A stretch of DNA of 63,004 bases, filler included. It is 9 parts of 9 records of this genome, joined end to end, with 100 filler letters (N's around TTAATTAATTAA, not from the genome) between each part and the next. Parts side by side here need not be neighbours in the genome. Positions count along the whole stretch, not along the records: positions 40,029 to 56,211 come from SRR7504441_6112; 8 more parts are not named here. One strand, given 5' to 3'. Shown piece by piece: positions 42,985-55,700 of the stretch. Position numbers and translations under genes: made by a program. The notes under the pieces are model-generated. The model did no database searches. It was not told where the DNA came from and saw only the letters and a list, made by a program, of their open reading frames with translations. How positions within the stretch are numbered: the first letter of the stretch is position 1; each line of letters starts with the position of its first letter.

Positions 42985-44618
42985 ATGGAGGAGGAGCGGG
43001 GGTTCGAGGCGGCCAAGGCGGCGCTGTTTGGGACCCAGCGGAAGGGGGCGGCGCTGCAGCTTGCGGCGGAGGAGCGCCAGCGGACGGTGCACGAGATGCG
43101 GCACTACGTGGCGGCCGCCGGGCTGGACTTGGGCTGGCTGGCCGGGCGGGCGGTGCACATCACCGGGACCAAGGGCAAAGGGAGCACCGCCGCCAGCTGT
43201 GAGGCTATCCTCCGCCGGGCACACCGGATGCGCACCGGTATGTTCACCTCGCCGCACCTTACGGTCCGACACCCTGCCGCACCGCGGGCCAGCCGGCGGG
43301 CCAGTGCGTCACAGAGCGGATTCAAATAGACGGCCAGCCGGTGAGCAAGCGGGCGTTCGCGGCCAGCTTCTGGGAGGTCGGTCTGCCGCCCCTCGCCGCC
43401 GGCTGAGCGGCCCGGCAAGCTTTGGGACCGGCTGAATGCGTCGGCCGATGCTAGTGCAGCCGTCGGGCTGCCGGCGGTGCCGGGGTGAGTGGCCGGCTGG
43501 CGGGTCGGATCGGGTGGCAGGTACTTCAGGATGCTGGTGCTGCTCAGCCTGGTGCTGTTCTGCAAGGAGCGGCCCGACTGTGTGGTGTATGAGGTCGGAA
43601 TGGGAGGCAGGTTTGACCCAACCAACGTGCTCCCGGGCCCCACAGTGTGCGGCGTGACCAAGCTGGACCTGGACCACACCCGAGTGCTCGGGGACACCCT
43701 CGAGCTGATCGCGGCCGAAAAGTCTGGCATCTTCAAACCAGGGGCCGGCCGCGCCTTCACGGTGCAGCAGCCGGATGGCCCGATGTCGGTGCTTGCCGAG
43801 GCCGCCGAGGCGGTCGGGCTGGAGCTCGTGACAGTGCAGCCGCTCCCTCCGGACACCAAGCTCGCGCTGGCCGGGGCGCATCAGCTCGAGAACGCGGCAC
43901 TCGCCGTGGCGCTCTGCAGTAGGATCGCTGCTCACTGCCCTGCGGTGATGGAAGCGCTGAGCGCAGTCCGCTGGAAGGGTCGATGCCAGCAGCTAGAGCA
44001 CCAAGGGCTCAGTGTGCTGGCCGACGGGGCCCACACCGCTGACTCGATGAGTTGCTTTGCCCTCTGGGCAAGAGCCCAGTGCCCGAATCTGGGCCGACCC
44101 GCGCTCATGTTTTACTGCGGTGCCCCGGCCTTCCGGCCCAGGCTCAGCCGGCTCAGGCCACGAGCGCGACCCGGCCGAGCTGTTCGGGCTTCTCCAGCCG
44201 GTGCCGCGGGCGGCCGAGCGGCTCGTAACCCCTGGCAGGCCGAGTTCAGCAGAGTCTTCATCTGTGAGCCACAGTGCACCCGCCCGAGCGCGCTCAAGCC
44301 TAGGGCGTTCGATCCGACCTCTGGCCAGCTGGTGCTCGCCGCGGACCCGCCGCCGTGGGACGGTGCATCCCCCCCGCGCGCCAGCTGTGTTAGGGGCGGC
44401 GCAGAGACACTGGTGGCGTTGTGCAAGTCGATGGCGCCACAAGTGGAGGTGCGCCGGTGCCGGGTGGGCGCTGCGCTGGAGGAATCAGTCCGGGAGGCGC
44501 TGGGGGTTGTCTGGTGCACCGGGTCGCTGTACCTGGTGAGGGGCGAGATCTGCACGGACTGAGTCTGTGGCAGGTGGGCGAGCTGCTTGAGCTGCTCGAG
44601 TCGCAATCGGGCGATTGA
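42985..44618 (+). CDS. FPGS: Folylpolyglutamate synthase, multi-exon
   Basis: HITGTKGKGST, GMFTSPHL, EVGMGGRFDPTN, DHTRVLG...EKSGIFK, GRCQ, DGAHT, TGSLYLVG. Confidence 0.95.
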
Positions 44619-44811
44619 AGCACATTCTGCTGATTTTAAGTTAAATTGGATTGAGTGCTATAGCTTTTGTCTAACAATCCGAGGGGCGTCTTTGATTGTA
44701 TACTCGACTTTCTAAAGTCGTTCCGTCGTTGCACAATTTGCAGTCTCTGCAAGCGAACGCCGGCGAACTGTTGAGCCGTTGTCAAATAATTAATTGGGGA
44801 CCCTTTGTGAA

Positions 44812-45254
44812 ATGATGCAGCCTGCAGGGGGCGCCTCGGCGGCCCTGCTGGAGGCTGTGCGGTTCGGGCGGACAGACCGGATCCACACCGCCTGCGCTAG
44901 CGGGGCCCAGAGCACCTCGCAGGACGGCTGGGGCTGGAGCCCGCTGCACGACGCCGCCGGCTCCGGGCAGGTCAACACGGTGCGGATCCTGGTGGGGACC
45001 TACCACGCGGACGTCTCGCTGGCCAACAAGGTGCGCCGGGCCGGGCGCCGGAGCTGAGCTGGGCCGGGCAGCTGGGCTGGACGCCGCTGCACTGGGCGGC
45101 CGCGCACGGGCACTTGCAGGTCGTGAAGGCGCTGGTGTCAGAATTCGGGGCCTCGACTAGCCAGCAGACCAAACACGGCGAGACAGCGCTGGCGGTGGCC
45201 AAGCGGCTGCAGCAGCGCGAGGTGAGCGAGTACCTCAAGATGGTCAGCGTCTAA
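44812..45254 (+). CDS. Small ankyrin-repeat protein, 1 intron (45031-45071)
   Basis: GWSPLHDAA, GWTPLHWAAAHGH, GETALAVA. Confidence 0.9.
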
Positions 45255-45582
45255 GATCCCGCGGCCTCTGCTCCGTGATGATGATGATTCTTCTGATAAG
45301 GCAACTTGCTGACACTCGAGAGCGCAAAGCGTAGCTCTCACAACGCAAGGAGGCCTCGGACAAAGGTGGTCAAGGGGTATTCTCCCAATCTATTAGTAGG
45401 ACTATATGCCTCGGACTACTTAAAACATTACCAGCCGTATGCAACAAATAATATTCATCGGCTTAATTGCCGGTGCCGTGTTCTGGTCATGGTGTGCCTT
45501 ATCCACTTGGGATAGCCCGCGCCGAGTGAATCCTCTGCCAGCCCCACCGCTAGGCCAGCCCGAGCCGCCTGGCAGCTGGGTG

Positions 45583-46100
45583 CTAGGTGTTGGTGCTGTA
45601 GGTGTGCCTGCACAGCCGCTCGGCCCTCACCGCAGCCGGCCTCACCCGCAGTTTAGGCAAGAATAAAACACAGTCTGGCCCTCGTCCACCGAGCGCAGCT
45701 GCAGGCAGTAGAAGGCCATCTCCTCGTACCCGCACTTGGGACAGGTCTCCTGCACCTGCGGCCGGCTGGGGCCTCGATCGGCCGGTCCGGTCACCGTGGC
45801 CAGCTGATCCTTTTTGTTCTGCACCTGCCCGCCGAAGCAGGCGTCCGGCGCAAACGAGCGCGGCTTGACGCTGGACATCAGCACCTTGTCCGCTAGATCT
45901 GGCCCCGCTGCTAGGCGGGCCCCGCTATCGATGAGCGGACCGTCGACCGCGGTCCGGAACCCGCAGCTGGAGCACTCGACGAATTTGCCGTAGTCCGGAA
46001 TGATGAGCAGCGCACCGCACGCCGCGCAAAAGTCCGAGTTGGGCTTGGTCGTCCGCCCAAAGTAGCCCCGCCCCCCACACGGCGGCGCAGCCTCCTCCAT
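45583..46100 (-). CDS. RPA12: RNA polymerase I subunit RPA12
   Basis: DFCAACGALL, ETCPKCG...LQLRSVDEGQTVFYSCLNCGHTYSTNT* after splicing. Confidence 0.93.
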
Positions 46101-46155
46101 CACCCACCGGTGCCGTGGCGCGCCCAGCAACGAACGCCCGGATCAAGAAGCAGCG

Positions 46156-46659
46156 ATGTCCTGGGGAGGTCGAGGGCCGGCGGCCGGCTCGATGGAGGTG
46201 AGCGGGCGGGCCGAGGCGGGGCTCATCTCGGGGCGCAGGGCAACATGCCCCGGAAGAACGTAGACTCGTTCGCCGGGAACGCGCAATACGGCGACCGGAA
46301 TAAAGGGCTGGTGGACTGGAAGATGGTGTTCGCCAGCGAGAGGGAGCGGTTCGCGGTACAGACCGCCCTGCGGGGGAACGCGACGCCGCGCAAGAGGCTG
46401 CGTCCGGAGGAGATCGACGTGGAGGCCTTTGTGCGCCCTGCCGGCCGAGCGGGGCGGCTGAGCTGGGGGGGGGGAGCAGGCCAAGCTCGCGAAGACCTGG
46501 GCGGCTGGGGCAGAGGACAGAAAGAAGGAGAAGAAGAGAAAGAGGGAGGAGGAGGCCAAGGCAGCCGAGGAGGCAGCTGCGGCCGCCGAAGCCCCGCCCC
46601 CCGGCCCCCCTCCCGCACCCGAAGCGCCTCCAGCTCCCGACGCCCCCATGCTGAGCTAA
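46156..46659 (+). CDS. Small basic/Pro-rich hypothetical protein, 2 introns
   Basis: GT-AG introns about 46198-46238 and 46431-46479 give a continuous frame ending DAPMLS*. NLS-like KKEKKRKR. Confidence 0.6.
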
Positions 46660-47034
46660 GCAAAGCAGCGTTGCGGGGATCGTACAGAAGGCTCGGTCCA
46701 GCGTGCGGGGACACGGGACGTCGCCGTGCGGCTTCCAGGCACGCCGCGCTCTCGAGGTGCGGTCCCGAAGATGCGCATTATTATTACTTGTATTTATAAA
46801 TTTGATCGCGTACAAACGACACGTGCAAACGCGTAGGCCCCGGCCTGTATATATAGCAGCCTTCACGTGTTTGGTACGGCCCGAGGCACTTGAGATTCGC
46901 CCACACCGCATAGAGCAACAATCACCGACAGCTCACTCGACTTTGTCAGGACTATGTCGGTGACACCAATGCCGATACGTCACACCGGTATTAATAGCAT
47001 ACACCAATTGCATGCAATGCCTAACCAACAGCGG

Positions 47035-47382
47035 TCAATTATATCCCCATTCGGAGAGGAGCGACACGCAGTCGGCCTCATCTTGGCTTGCGGCCATTTG
47101 TGCCGGCGTGCGACCGCTTTGATTCGCCACACCCAGGTCGACCCCAGCCTCCCGCAGCACCCGAAGGCACGCGGTGTGACCTTTCATTGCGGCGAGGTGT
47201 GCCGGCGTGTGACCAAACCTGTCTCCAATGCTCATGTCGGCCCCGACCGCAATCAGCTCGAGCAGCAACTGCGCGTCGCCATCCATAGCCGCTCGAATCG
47301 CCGCGGTACGGGTGAACATATCTGTTTCGTTTATCTCTTGAATGTTCAGCTTTTGGCACAGCGCCTCCACCGTGGCGCTCAT
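47035..47382 (-). CDS. Small ankyrin-repeat protein
   Basis: GHTPAHLAAMKGH, GRTPAQMAA. Confidence 0.88.
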   Translation of the reverse strand: MSATVEALCQKLNIQEINETDMFTRTAAIRAAMDGDAQLLLELIAVGADMSIGDRFGHTPAHLAAMKGHTACLRVLREAGVDLGVANQSGRTPAQMAASQDEADCVSLLSEWGYN

Positions 47383-47484
47383 CCCAGCGAGCTTCACGCG
47401 AGCTTCGTGCCTGGCCTCTGCAGTCCCCGCGGCCAATCCTATTATTATTTCATACCGTTGTGGATAACTCGAAGAAATGGAAAA

Positions 47485-50400
47485 ATGAAAAGCGCCCAGA
47501 TCTGGGGCCTGCTTTTGCTGGCGGGGCTGGCCTGCGGGCAGGTGCCGTTCCAGCTCGAGCTCGAGCCGGCTCCGGCCCCGCCCGAGTCTACGGCTCCCGC
47601 GGGCGGGCTCTCGCGGGCGGCCGCGGCGCTCTCGGAGACCCGGGCCGAGCTCTCGCGGGCCAAGGCCGAGTTCGGGCTTGAGCTGCGGGCTCGCCGGGGG
47701 GCGGCGGCCGACGCCAAGCAGGCCGAGCTCCGGACGCGGTCGGTCGAGCACGAGCTCGAGCTGGCCACCGCCGGATCGGCCAAGGCGGGCGAGGAGCTGT
47801 CCCGGGCGCAAGGCGCGGCGGCCAGGCTAGCCGCGGGGGACCGCAAGCGGCTCAAGCGGCTGCGGGCGGCGGCGGCCAAGGCAAAGCGGCGGATGGAGCG
47901 GGCCCGCGGCCAGCTGGTGAGCAAGAGTGAGGCGGGGAATGCCCAAAGAGCCGAGGCGGAGGCCCAGAGCGAGAGCAAACTCCAGGACTGGCTGATCGCC
48001 AAGCGACGGGTGGACAGCGCCCAGACCGGGATGTCCCGGGCCCGGCGGGCGGCCGAGGCGGCTGAGGTGGGTGCCCTGGTCGGCCGGTGGCTTATTCTTG
48101 GGGAAGGTCCGACTAGAGAAACTGCAGGCTCAAGCCAAGCTCAGGGAAGCAGCAGAGATTCAGAAGGCCGCCGAGCAGGACCAGGAGGACACGATCGCCG
48201 AAGACGAAGCCCGCCAGAAGCGCGGCGTGGCCGCCGTCCGGCTTCAGCAGAGCCAGCAAGCCACAATGGAGGCTTCCAGGCAGGTGGGCGCTGCAGCTAA
48301 TCGGAGTACTGCCCTGGCTCGCGAGGCCCAGCAGATCGAGAAACGGCAGGAGGCCCAGCTGGCCCAGGCGGACAAGCTTGTGGCCGCGCGGGATCGGGAT
48401 CGGGCGGCCGAGAAGGCCGAGATCCGTGTAGTGGACACCAGAGTGGCCCGCACTCGGACCAAGCTCCAGACGGAGCGGGATGCGCTACGGCGGGCCAAGC
48501 GGCGAGTGGCGGTGGCCGAAACCGGTGGGCTAGCTCTCGGTTTGGGACTGAGTGTGCGGCAGATGTGGTAGCAAGTGAGCAACTCAAGACCCACGCGAAA
48601 CGGGCTGCTTTCCGACTAGAGGCAGCCAAACACAAAGAGCAGCTTGCAAGACAACGGAAGAATCGGGCCCACCGGCGGCTGAGTGAGGCCACCGGTGCGC
48701 GCCTTGCGGCCTCATCAACTGCCGTTCGCGCTGAGGCTGCGGCCGACACAGCCAAGCTGGCCAAGCTGGCAGCACAGAATGCAAAGAAGCGAGCGTCCCA
48801 GGTGGCGGCTGGGCTGCGTCGGAAGGTCAAGCAGCAGCAGCTGCTGATCCACCAAGCCGAGGAGCAGCAGACAGAGCAGCTAGGCATAGCTGAGGGCGAC
48901 GCTCGCAAAGTGAAGCGAGAGCTGCTGCGCCGGGAGCAGGAGGAACGGAGGAAGATCCAGGTCCAGTTGAGTCGAGCTCAAGCGGACGAGGAGCTTGCGA
49001 CAAGAAAGGCCCGGAGGGCGGCTGCCAGGCAGGACCAGAGCGAACGCGTGTCAGATCACGCAGCAGACAGGCAGCACCGTATGGAGCAAGAGGCGCTGCA
49101 AAACGAGAAGAGGGCCAGGGCCGAGCAGCAACAGCAGCTCGATAAGCTGCTGAAGCGCTACAAGAAAGAAGAGGCACAGATCAGGGAGGCAGCCAGCAGG
49201 AAGGAGAGCAATGCTGCGACGATTGAAAAAGAAGCCGTGAGAGACCAGCAAGAGCAGCAGCAACTCACACGGGCCAAAATGGCCGAGATCAGCAAAGGGA
49301 TGCAAAATAACGAATTGGCGCTAAAGGAAGAGCTTGAGCACGCCAAGGCCAAGCAGGAAGCTGAGCAGCAAGAGGCGAAGCGAGTGATGAAGCAGCAGCA
49401 AGAGGTGGCTTCCCAGAGGGCTGCGGCTGCCTTGGAGGCGGCCCAGCATGTAGCCCGGCAACGCGCTGGCACCAAGCAGGAACAGGCGGCAATTGCTTCC
49501 AAGTTGAAGGTGCTAGCTGAAGCGGCCAGATCTGCTGCAAAGGACAGTGCCACTGCCTTCCGGCAGGCTAAGGACCAGGGAAAAGCCACACTTAGTGATC
49601 TTCAAAACGAGGAGCAAAAGCAGGCCCAGGCCCTGGAGCACCGAGATGCCGAGATGAAGGTTGAGGTCTCCGCCCAGCTGCAGAGCGAGCGAGCCCGGCT
49701 TGCTGACGCCCAAGCAAAGATCCGACACGCTCAGCAAGCCAAGCACGCAGCAATCAAGAAAGTCGAAGAGCAACTTTCGGCCCAGCTCAAGCTTAAAAAG
49801 GCCAAGGTTGGGCAAGAGCAGCAGGACATTATAGCTCGAGTCGAGGCACGGGTTCAACGTGAGCAACTCCATCTAGAAGAGCACCAAGCTCAAGTCAACA
49901 GTCTAAATGACGAGACCAAGCGCGCGAAGGCAAGAGCCGGACGAACTAAGCTAGCCGAGACAGCAGCGCAGCTAAAGCTTCAGTCGACTCAACGATGGGC
50001 AAACAAAGCATTTGCTGAAGCCAGCCAGGATACGCATGAAGGCCGGATAAAGGTTAAACAAAAGCTCAACTCCAAGCGCGCAAGGCTTGCACAGCAACTG
50101 TCCGAAGCTAAGCAAGACCTGCTGCAAACGCACAGAGCCATCCCACGCGCTGAGGATGCTGTAGTCAAAGCGAAGCATGCACTTCTCGCTGCTCAGGGCC
50201 ACTGGAAGCTGGCCAAGAAGGTTGCCTCCACCTACAGGGATCAAGCGCAGGATGCTGAGCGGTTCATGGAAGACAAAAAGTCGAGCCTTGAGAATTTCAA
50301 GATGCAATTCAAGAACGCGAAGACAAACATGCGGACTCTGAAGACTGAGGCTACAGCTGCCGAAAAGAAAGCTCGAGAAGCGGAGGCCTCTAGTGAAATT

Positions 50401-52552
50401 GCATTGCGACGCGTTGCACGCAAACTTAAAGCCGAGCAAGCCAAGATGGCCAGTGCTGAGGAGGGCCTGGGACAGAGCATCGAAAAGCAGGAGCGTCAAT
50501 TTTCGCGGCTGGTTTCCAAAGAACAGCCGGGACAACCAACAAGTGGTTCTGGCCAGACTGCGATGCAAGCTAGAATGGATCGAGACAATGCAAAACTGGA
50601 AGCCGCAGAGGCCAAGGATGCGCTTGCGGATAGTGAAGCTGCACTGAAGAAGATGCAATCAGTACAAGCTGAGGCAACAAACACCCAAGCTGTGGCAAAC
50701 GCAAACGTAAAGGCTCTGACAGCAAGGCAGGAATCAAATGAGTCACGGACGAAAAGGAGGGAAAAGATACAGCAGGATCAAGCGAAGCGTAGCGTTGCGA
50801 GAGCAAAGCACCAGGCTGCAGCTGTAGCAGCCGAAAGCTCGGATGCCAAGCATGCCCTGGCGCGGGCTCTGACCGCAGAAGAGCAAGCAAAGAAGGCACT
50901 CGACTCAGTCAAACAGAGCGCTCGACGGCCAGAGAAGGCTACAAAGGCTGAAATTAAGGCATCACACCAAGCTGCTCGAATTGCCCGCAATGCGTATGCG
51001 GAGAAAGCAAAAGTGTTGGCATCGTTTCAAAAAGGTAGCTCGCAGAAGGAGGCCAGGGCTAGCAGGCTTGTTGATGCTGCCACAACTCAGGAAGCACGAA
51101 GGAAGGCAGAGGTGAGGCAAGCAGAGCTTAAAAAATCCCAACTTAGTGTGGACAGCAAGAAAGCAGCTGACCGGAGCAAGGCTGTTGCAGCAAAAGAACG
51201 CCAGGTTGCCATGCAGTTCAAAACACTCAAGCAGCTTGAGATAGATCGTCACGAGGCTCTTGTGCAAAAGAGAAAAGACTTGCAGCAGCGAAAGACGCAC
51301 GATATGCATTTGGCACAAGCTAAGATGTCCAAGCGGATCGGGCGTCAGCAACAAGCAGCCAAAGAAGCTGAGCAGACCGCGAAGAGTGAAACAGCGAAGG
51401 CCTTTGACACTGTGATCTCCACAGCCACACAGATTTCAGCCTTGAGAAGCGAGCACGCTGACCTGAGAGCTCAGGCTATGGAAAAGAGCGAACGTATTCA
51501 GCGCGAGTTGAACCGCAAATCACGCAAAGTAGCTAGCAATGCAGACCAGGAGATAGCCAAAGCTGCTCTCGATTCCCAGATGATTCAGGCAAAGGTCAAA
51601 GTAAGGCAGCAACGGGCTGACGATTCGATAGCAACGACTAAGAAAGTCAAAGACGCCAAGATGCACAAAGCGCAGAAGAGGATTGCTGCCGCGGATGTAA
51701 GAACGCACAAGGCTGAGGCCGAACAAGAGCAGTCGGAGACTCGCGCAGGACTAGAGCAGCAGATGTCTCGTGGTCTCAAGAAAGAGGCAAAGCTGATGGT
51801 ATACAAACAAGAGCAGGAAGAGTCACGTCAAGTCGTGGCTCAAGATGAGCAACAGCGCGCAGTCAGAAAAAGAAAGGCGACCGAGACCCGGGAGATGAAG
51901 AAAGTAGCATACGCCAATGAGACACTTGTTCAGAATGCTGAAGTTCTCAAGAAAGCGAGGGATAAGGTCGGTCATCTGCCTGTAAGGCCGTTTCATTGAC
52001 AGCTTGTGTGTGGCGCAGGTGACCAGAGCCGAGCAAGTGACAGATCTAGCTGCGGAAAATGCACAGTCGGCAGAAAGCGCAGCCCTGGATTGGGCTGCGA
52101 AAGCTCAGCAGGAACAGGAAAGTGTTCACGCGACAGCAGCTGACTCTCAAGAGGAAGTGGAGTCGGCAAAGGAAGAAGCAATCAGGGCGGAAGCGAGTGC
52201 TGAAGATGATGCTGTGGAGGACAAGCACACTGGCAAGGACATGATCGAGGAGAAGCTAAAGATTGGCCACCAGACCTCCAAGGCAAGAATCAAGCAAGCA
52301 AACATCGTGGCTGCCTCCAAGGTCTCGAATCTGCAAGCAAAAACAGTGGGCCAAATTAGCATGCAACATGCTAAGCTGGAAGCTGCCAAAGATCGGCTTG
52401 CGCAAGCTGAGGAGGACATAAAGGCCTTGCATAGGAAAAGGGAGGACGCCGAGATCGAGAGGCGACATTATCAGGGGCAGATCGACAATCTACTCCATGA
52501 TATTCGAGGCATCAAGCTAGCGAAACAACAACTCAACCCCGGTGTTCAATGA
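47485..52552 (+). CDS. Very large (about 1640 aa) secreted coiled-coil protein, 3 introns
   Basis: Signal MKSAQIWGLLLLAGLACG. A/Q/K/E/R-rich helical sequence throughout. Introns about 48067-48106, 48524-48570 and 51966-52018. Confidence 0.85.
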
Positions 52553-52754
52553 GCACAGCCTCGTATTAAATAAAGCCTTTACAGCTGTAACCATGTGAAG
52601 ACGTATGCATGCGGGGCCTACAGCAACAGGCGGTGAGCAAGCTCACTAGCTCGCTTGCTCGTATTCAAGTAGTAAGCATTTTTAGTGAGCACCCTATTCA
52701 CCCCGGGGAGCTTGCTATTTATAATAATAACGGCTGAATCTCTTCACATCACTA

Positions 52755-55700
52755 ATGCGTCTCGTGTGCTGGCACATCCTGGTCGCAGCCGTGGGGGCGC
52801 TGCTTCCGCCGCCGACCAGTTTGCGCGTCGAGGGCCTGCTCCCCTACGCCGCGGTGGTCAGTGTGCCCCGGCCTCGCTTCAGCTTCGTCCATGCGCGCGA
52901 CACAACGACTCCCTTGCCCCGCGGGCGATCGCAAGTCGCGTACCGGGTATCGGTATTCGCTGGCCAGAAGCTGCTCTGGGACAGTGGCAAGGTTCTCTCA
53001 GCCAACTGCTCACAGATCCCCAGTGGCGTGGACCTGCTGGCATTCGGCTCCTTCAGGTTCGAGGCGCAGTGGTGGCGCAGCGACGGCGCGCAGTCTGCAA
53101 CAGCGGCGGCAGGCTTCGAGACGGGACCGCTCCGAGCCAGCGACTGGGGCGATGCCGCCTTCCTGGGCGGGGCACTGCTGCGCACTGAACTAGTGCTCGC
53201 GCAAGATGCCGAGGTCGCTCGCGCCCGTGCTTACGTGGTGGCGCCTGGCTGTCACGAGCTAGAAGTGAACGGCCGGCGACCCCCACAGGAGCTTCGCGGC
53301 ATCTGTCCGTTCATGGCACCTGGCCGCGGGCAGGGCGGCATTCACCAATTCAGCCCTCGGGCTCTTTACCAAACGCACAACATTACCAGGCTGCTGCAAC
53401 CAGGCACCAATGGTGTCGGACTGCTGAGTGGCAACGTTCTCACAACGGCGCCGTCGGTTCTTGTTCTATTGCGTGTGGAGCTGGGTGACGGGTCCATCGT
53501 GTGCGTTCGGAGTACCACTGGACCCACTGGAGGCTGGCTCGAGGGGCCGAGCTACCTGACTCACGATGAGTACACTTCGCACATCGATTGGACCAAGCGG
53601 GAATCGGGTTGGAGTTCAGCAGGATTCAAGCCGCGCGATCCAAGTCAGTGGTCGGCGGCTTCTTCTCCTTTTCCAAATGCAAGCAGCCCGCCACTGGCAA
53701 AGCAGATGAAGACTATTGGTGCAGTGATGATGCCCCCATCGACAGTGGTGGCACAGATGCGGCCTATTGCGGTTGAAGACCTTACGGTGAATGAGCAGTG
53801 TCAGCTGAGTTCTGGGCTGCTCGGTGGTAAACGTAAGGAGTGCCAAACCTGCGCTCCAACTGACACATTGGTCCTCAGATGCGCAGTAGGTGTCATGACC
53901 AAGATTGAGTTTGTGTCGTGGGGTACTCCAACTGGAACATGTGGCAACTTCTCTGCTAGCTCGTGCAACTCGAGTGCGTCGTACTCAATTGCCGTGAAGG
54001 CTTGCATTGGCCGATCGAGCTGCTCTTTGGTTCCATCTCGCCAAGCCTGGGGCGCAGACCCATGTTATGGCGAGACCAAAGTGCTGGCTGTGCAGGCCTC
54101 CGGTTGCACGCCAATCATGGTGCCTCCGCCTAGCAGGCAGTACATGTACACATTTGAGCGCAACTTTGTTGGGACGATTAGATTGGCTCCGCTACCAGAC
54201 GCAGCAGAGGGTTCCACAATATCCATGCAATTGGGAGAATGGATTGAAAACGGTGTGCCAAAGACGCGAGGTAACGAGCAAGTTGAGAGCCACACACTGG
54301 TGGCCGGGAACCCTCTTGCTTTGGAGACACTCTTCGTCTGGCACGGTTTCCAGTATGTTCTTGTCACATGTACACATGACGCAGAATTTGAGGGCAGTTT
54401 GGACGCTATCAGTGGCCTCGAGATCCGCACCAACGTCGAAAGCGTTTCTTCGCTCCACTTTGGCGGGGACGATGAATCAAGCATAAGAGATGCCAAACTG
54501 TTCAACCGAATCAATTTTATCGCCCGAAACAGCATGGTCAGCAACGTGGCCGCCTATCTACCAACAGATTGCCCAACGGCCGAGAAGCGGGGCTATCTCG
54601 GCGACGCCTCGTTTGCGGCACCCGGCACACTGTGGAACTTTGGCTTGCAGTCTGTCTACTCATCGTTCATGAATGTGATCGTAGACTCCCAGACCATGAG
54701 CGGCGACGTACCCACCTCGGTGCCCTGCCCTTACCCGGGCTCAATCGCCGTGGGGTGCGGCGGCTCGAACAACTGGACCTTTCCAGCGCGATGGGGGCCG
54801 CCGCATTGCAACGACGTCGCGTGGACTTCTGGGTTCCCAATCGTGATGGAGCAGGCGTATCAGTTCAGCGGTGATACGCGGCCATTGGAGAATCACTGGG
54901 ATTCACTCCAAGAGTATATCGAGAACCTGATTGCCAAAGCACCTGCCTATCCAGGAAACATCACTTCGTGTGATCCAGGAGAGGACTACGTTTCTCATGA
55001 CATTGTGAGGCTGGGGGATTGGATCACACCAGCCAGATGCACCGGAAAGCCGACTGGCTCTCGTTGCCAAGAGTCTCTAGAGATGTCAGGTATGAGTTTC
55101 GTGCTTGCTTTGCGCTCGATGGCCATAATCGCCATCGCCATCGGCAAACACGACAGCGGAGCTCGGTACAACGCGTTGGCAGACAGAGCAGCTGCCAACT
55201 TCCATACCGTTCACTGGAACCCAGCAACCAATTCGATGGGTGGTGATGCCGGCATGACACAGGTGCTGAATGTGCCAGCTCTGGTGATTCAGTCCGCGCC
55301 GACTGATGTCGTTTTGGAAAAGATTGTGGCGACGCTGCAGAGCGATTTGAGGGCTCGTGATTTCCACTTGGCTACCGGTGCTGTGACGAGCAAGTGGCTG
55401 CTAGAAGTGCTGAGTGAAAATGGGCTACACCAGTCAGCAATTAGAGTGGCAACGCAGACTACCTTTCCGTCGTGGGGCTGGTGGCTCGCGATGAATGCAA
55501 CCTCTTGCTGGGAAACATGGCACAATGGCACGGGTCATCATGATGGCATCGGGCCCTTCAAGGGCACTCCAAACAGCCATAACCACGTCATGCTCTGCGG
55601 CGGCGTCTCTTCTTGGTTCTGGACCCAGCTGGTTGGCCTCAAACCAACCAGTCCGGCTTTCGCCACCTTCGCCGTCGCACCGCGCATCGACCCGACGCTA

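Noticed and set aside
42793-43272. 160-aa N-terminal extension of the O-fucosyltransferase overlapping FPGS
   Set aside because: It is antisense to FPGS exon 1. ATG 42792 directly precedes a type II signal anchor.
42248-43435. Long overlapping or antisense ORFs (also 33046-34152, 15611-16618, 951-1778)
   Set aside because: These are stop-poor shadow frames of GC-rich real genes, with R/P/A/G-biased, motif-free translations.
27760-44618. Folate cluster (SHMT + FPGS) or CAZyme cluster across the window
   Set aside because: The genes are on different contigs, so the adjacency is an artefact of concatenation.
45439-45666. Small membrane ORF MQQIIFIGLIAGAVFWSW
   Set aside because: It overlaps the RPA12 3' end antisense and has no motif support. 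Possible but unsupported.
46954-47811. Overlap between the ankyrin and giant coiled-coil ORFs
   Set aside because: True starts are most likely 47382(-) and 47485(+). The extensions are read-through of a stop-free promoter.
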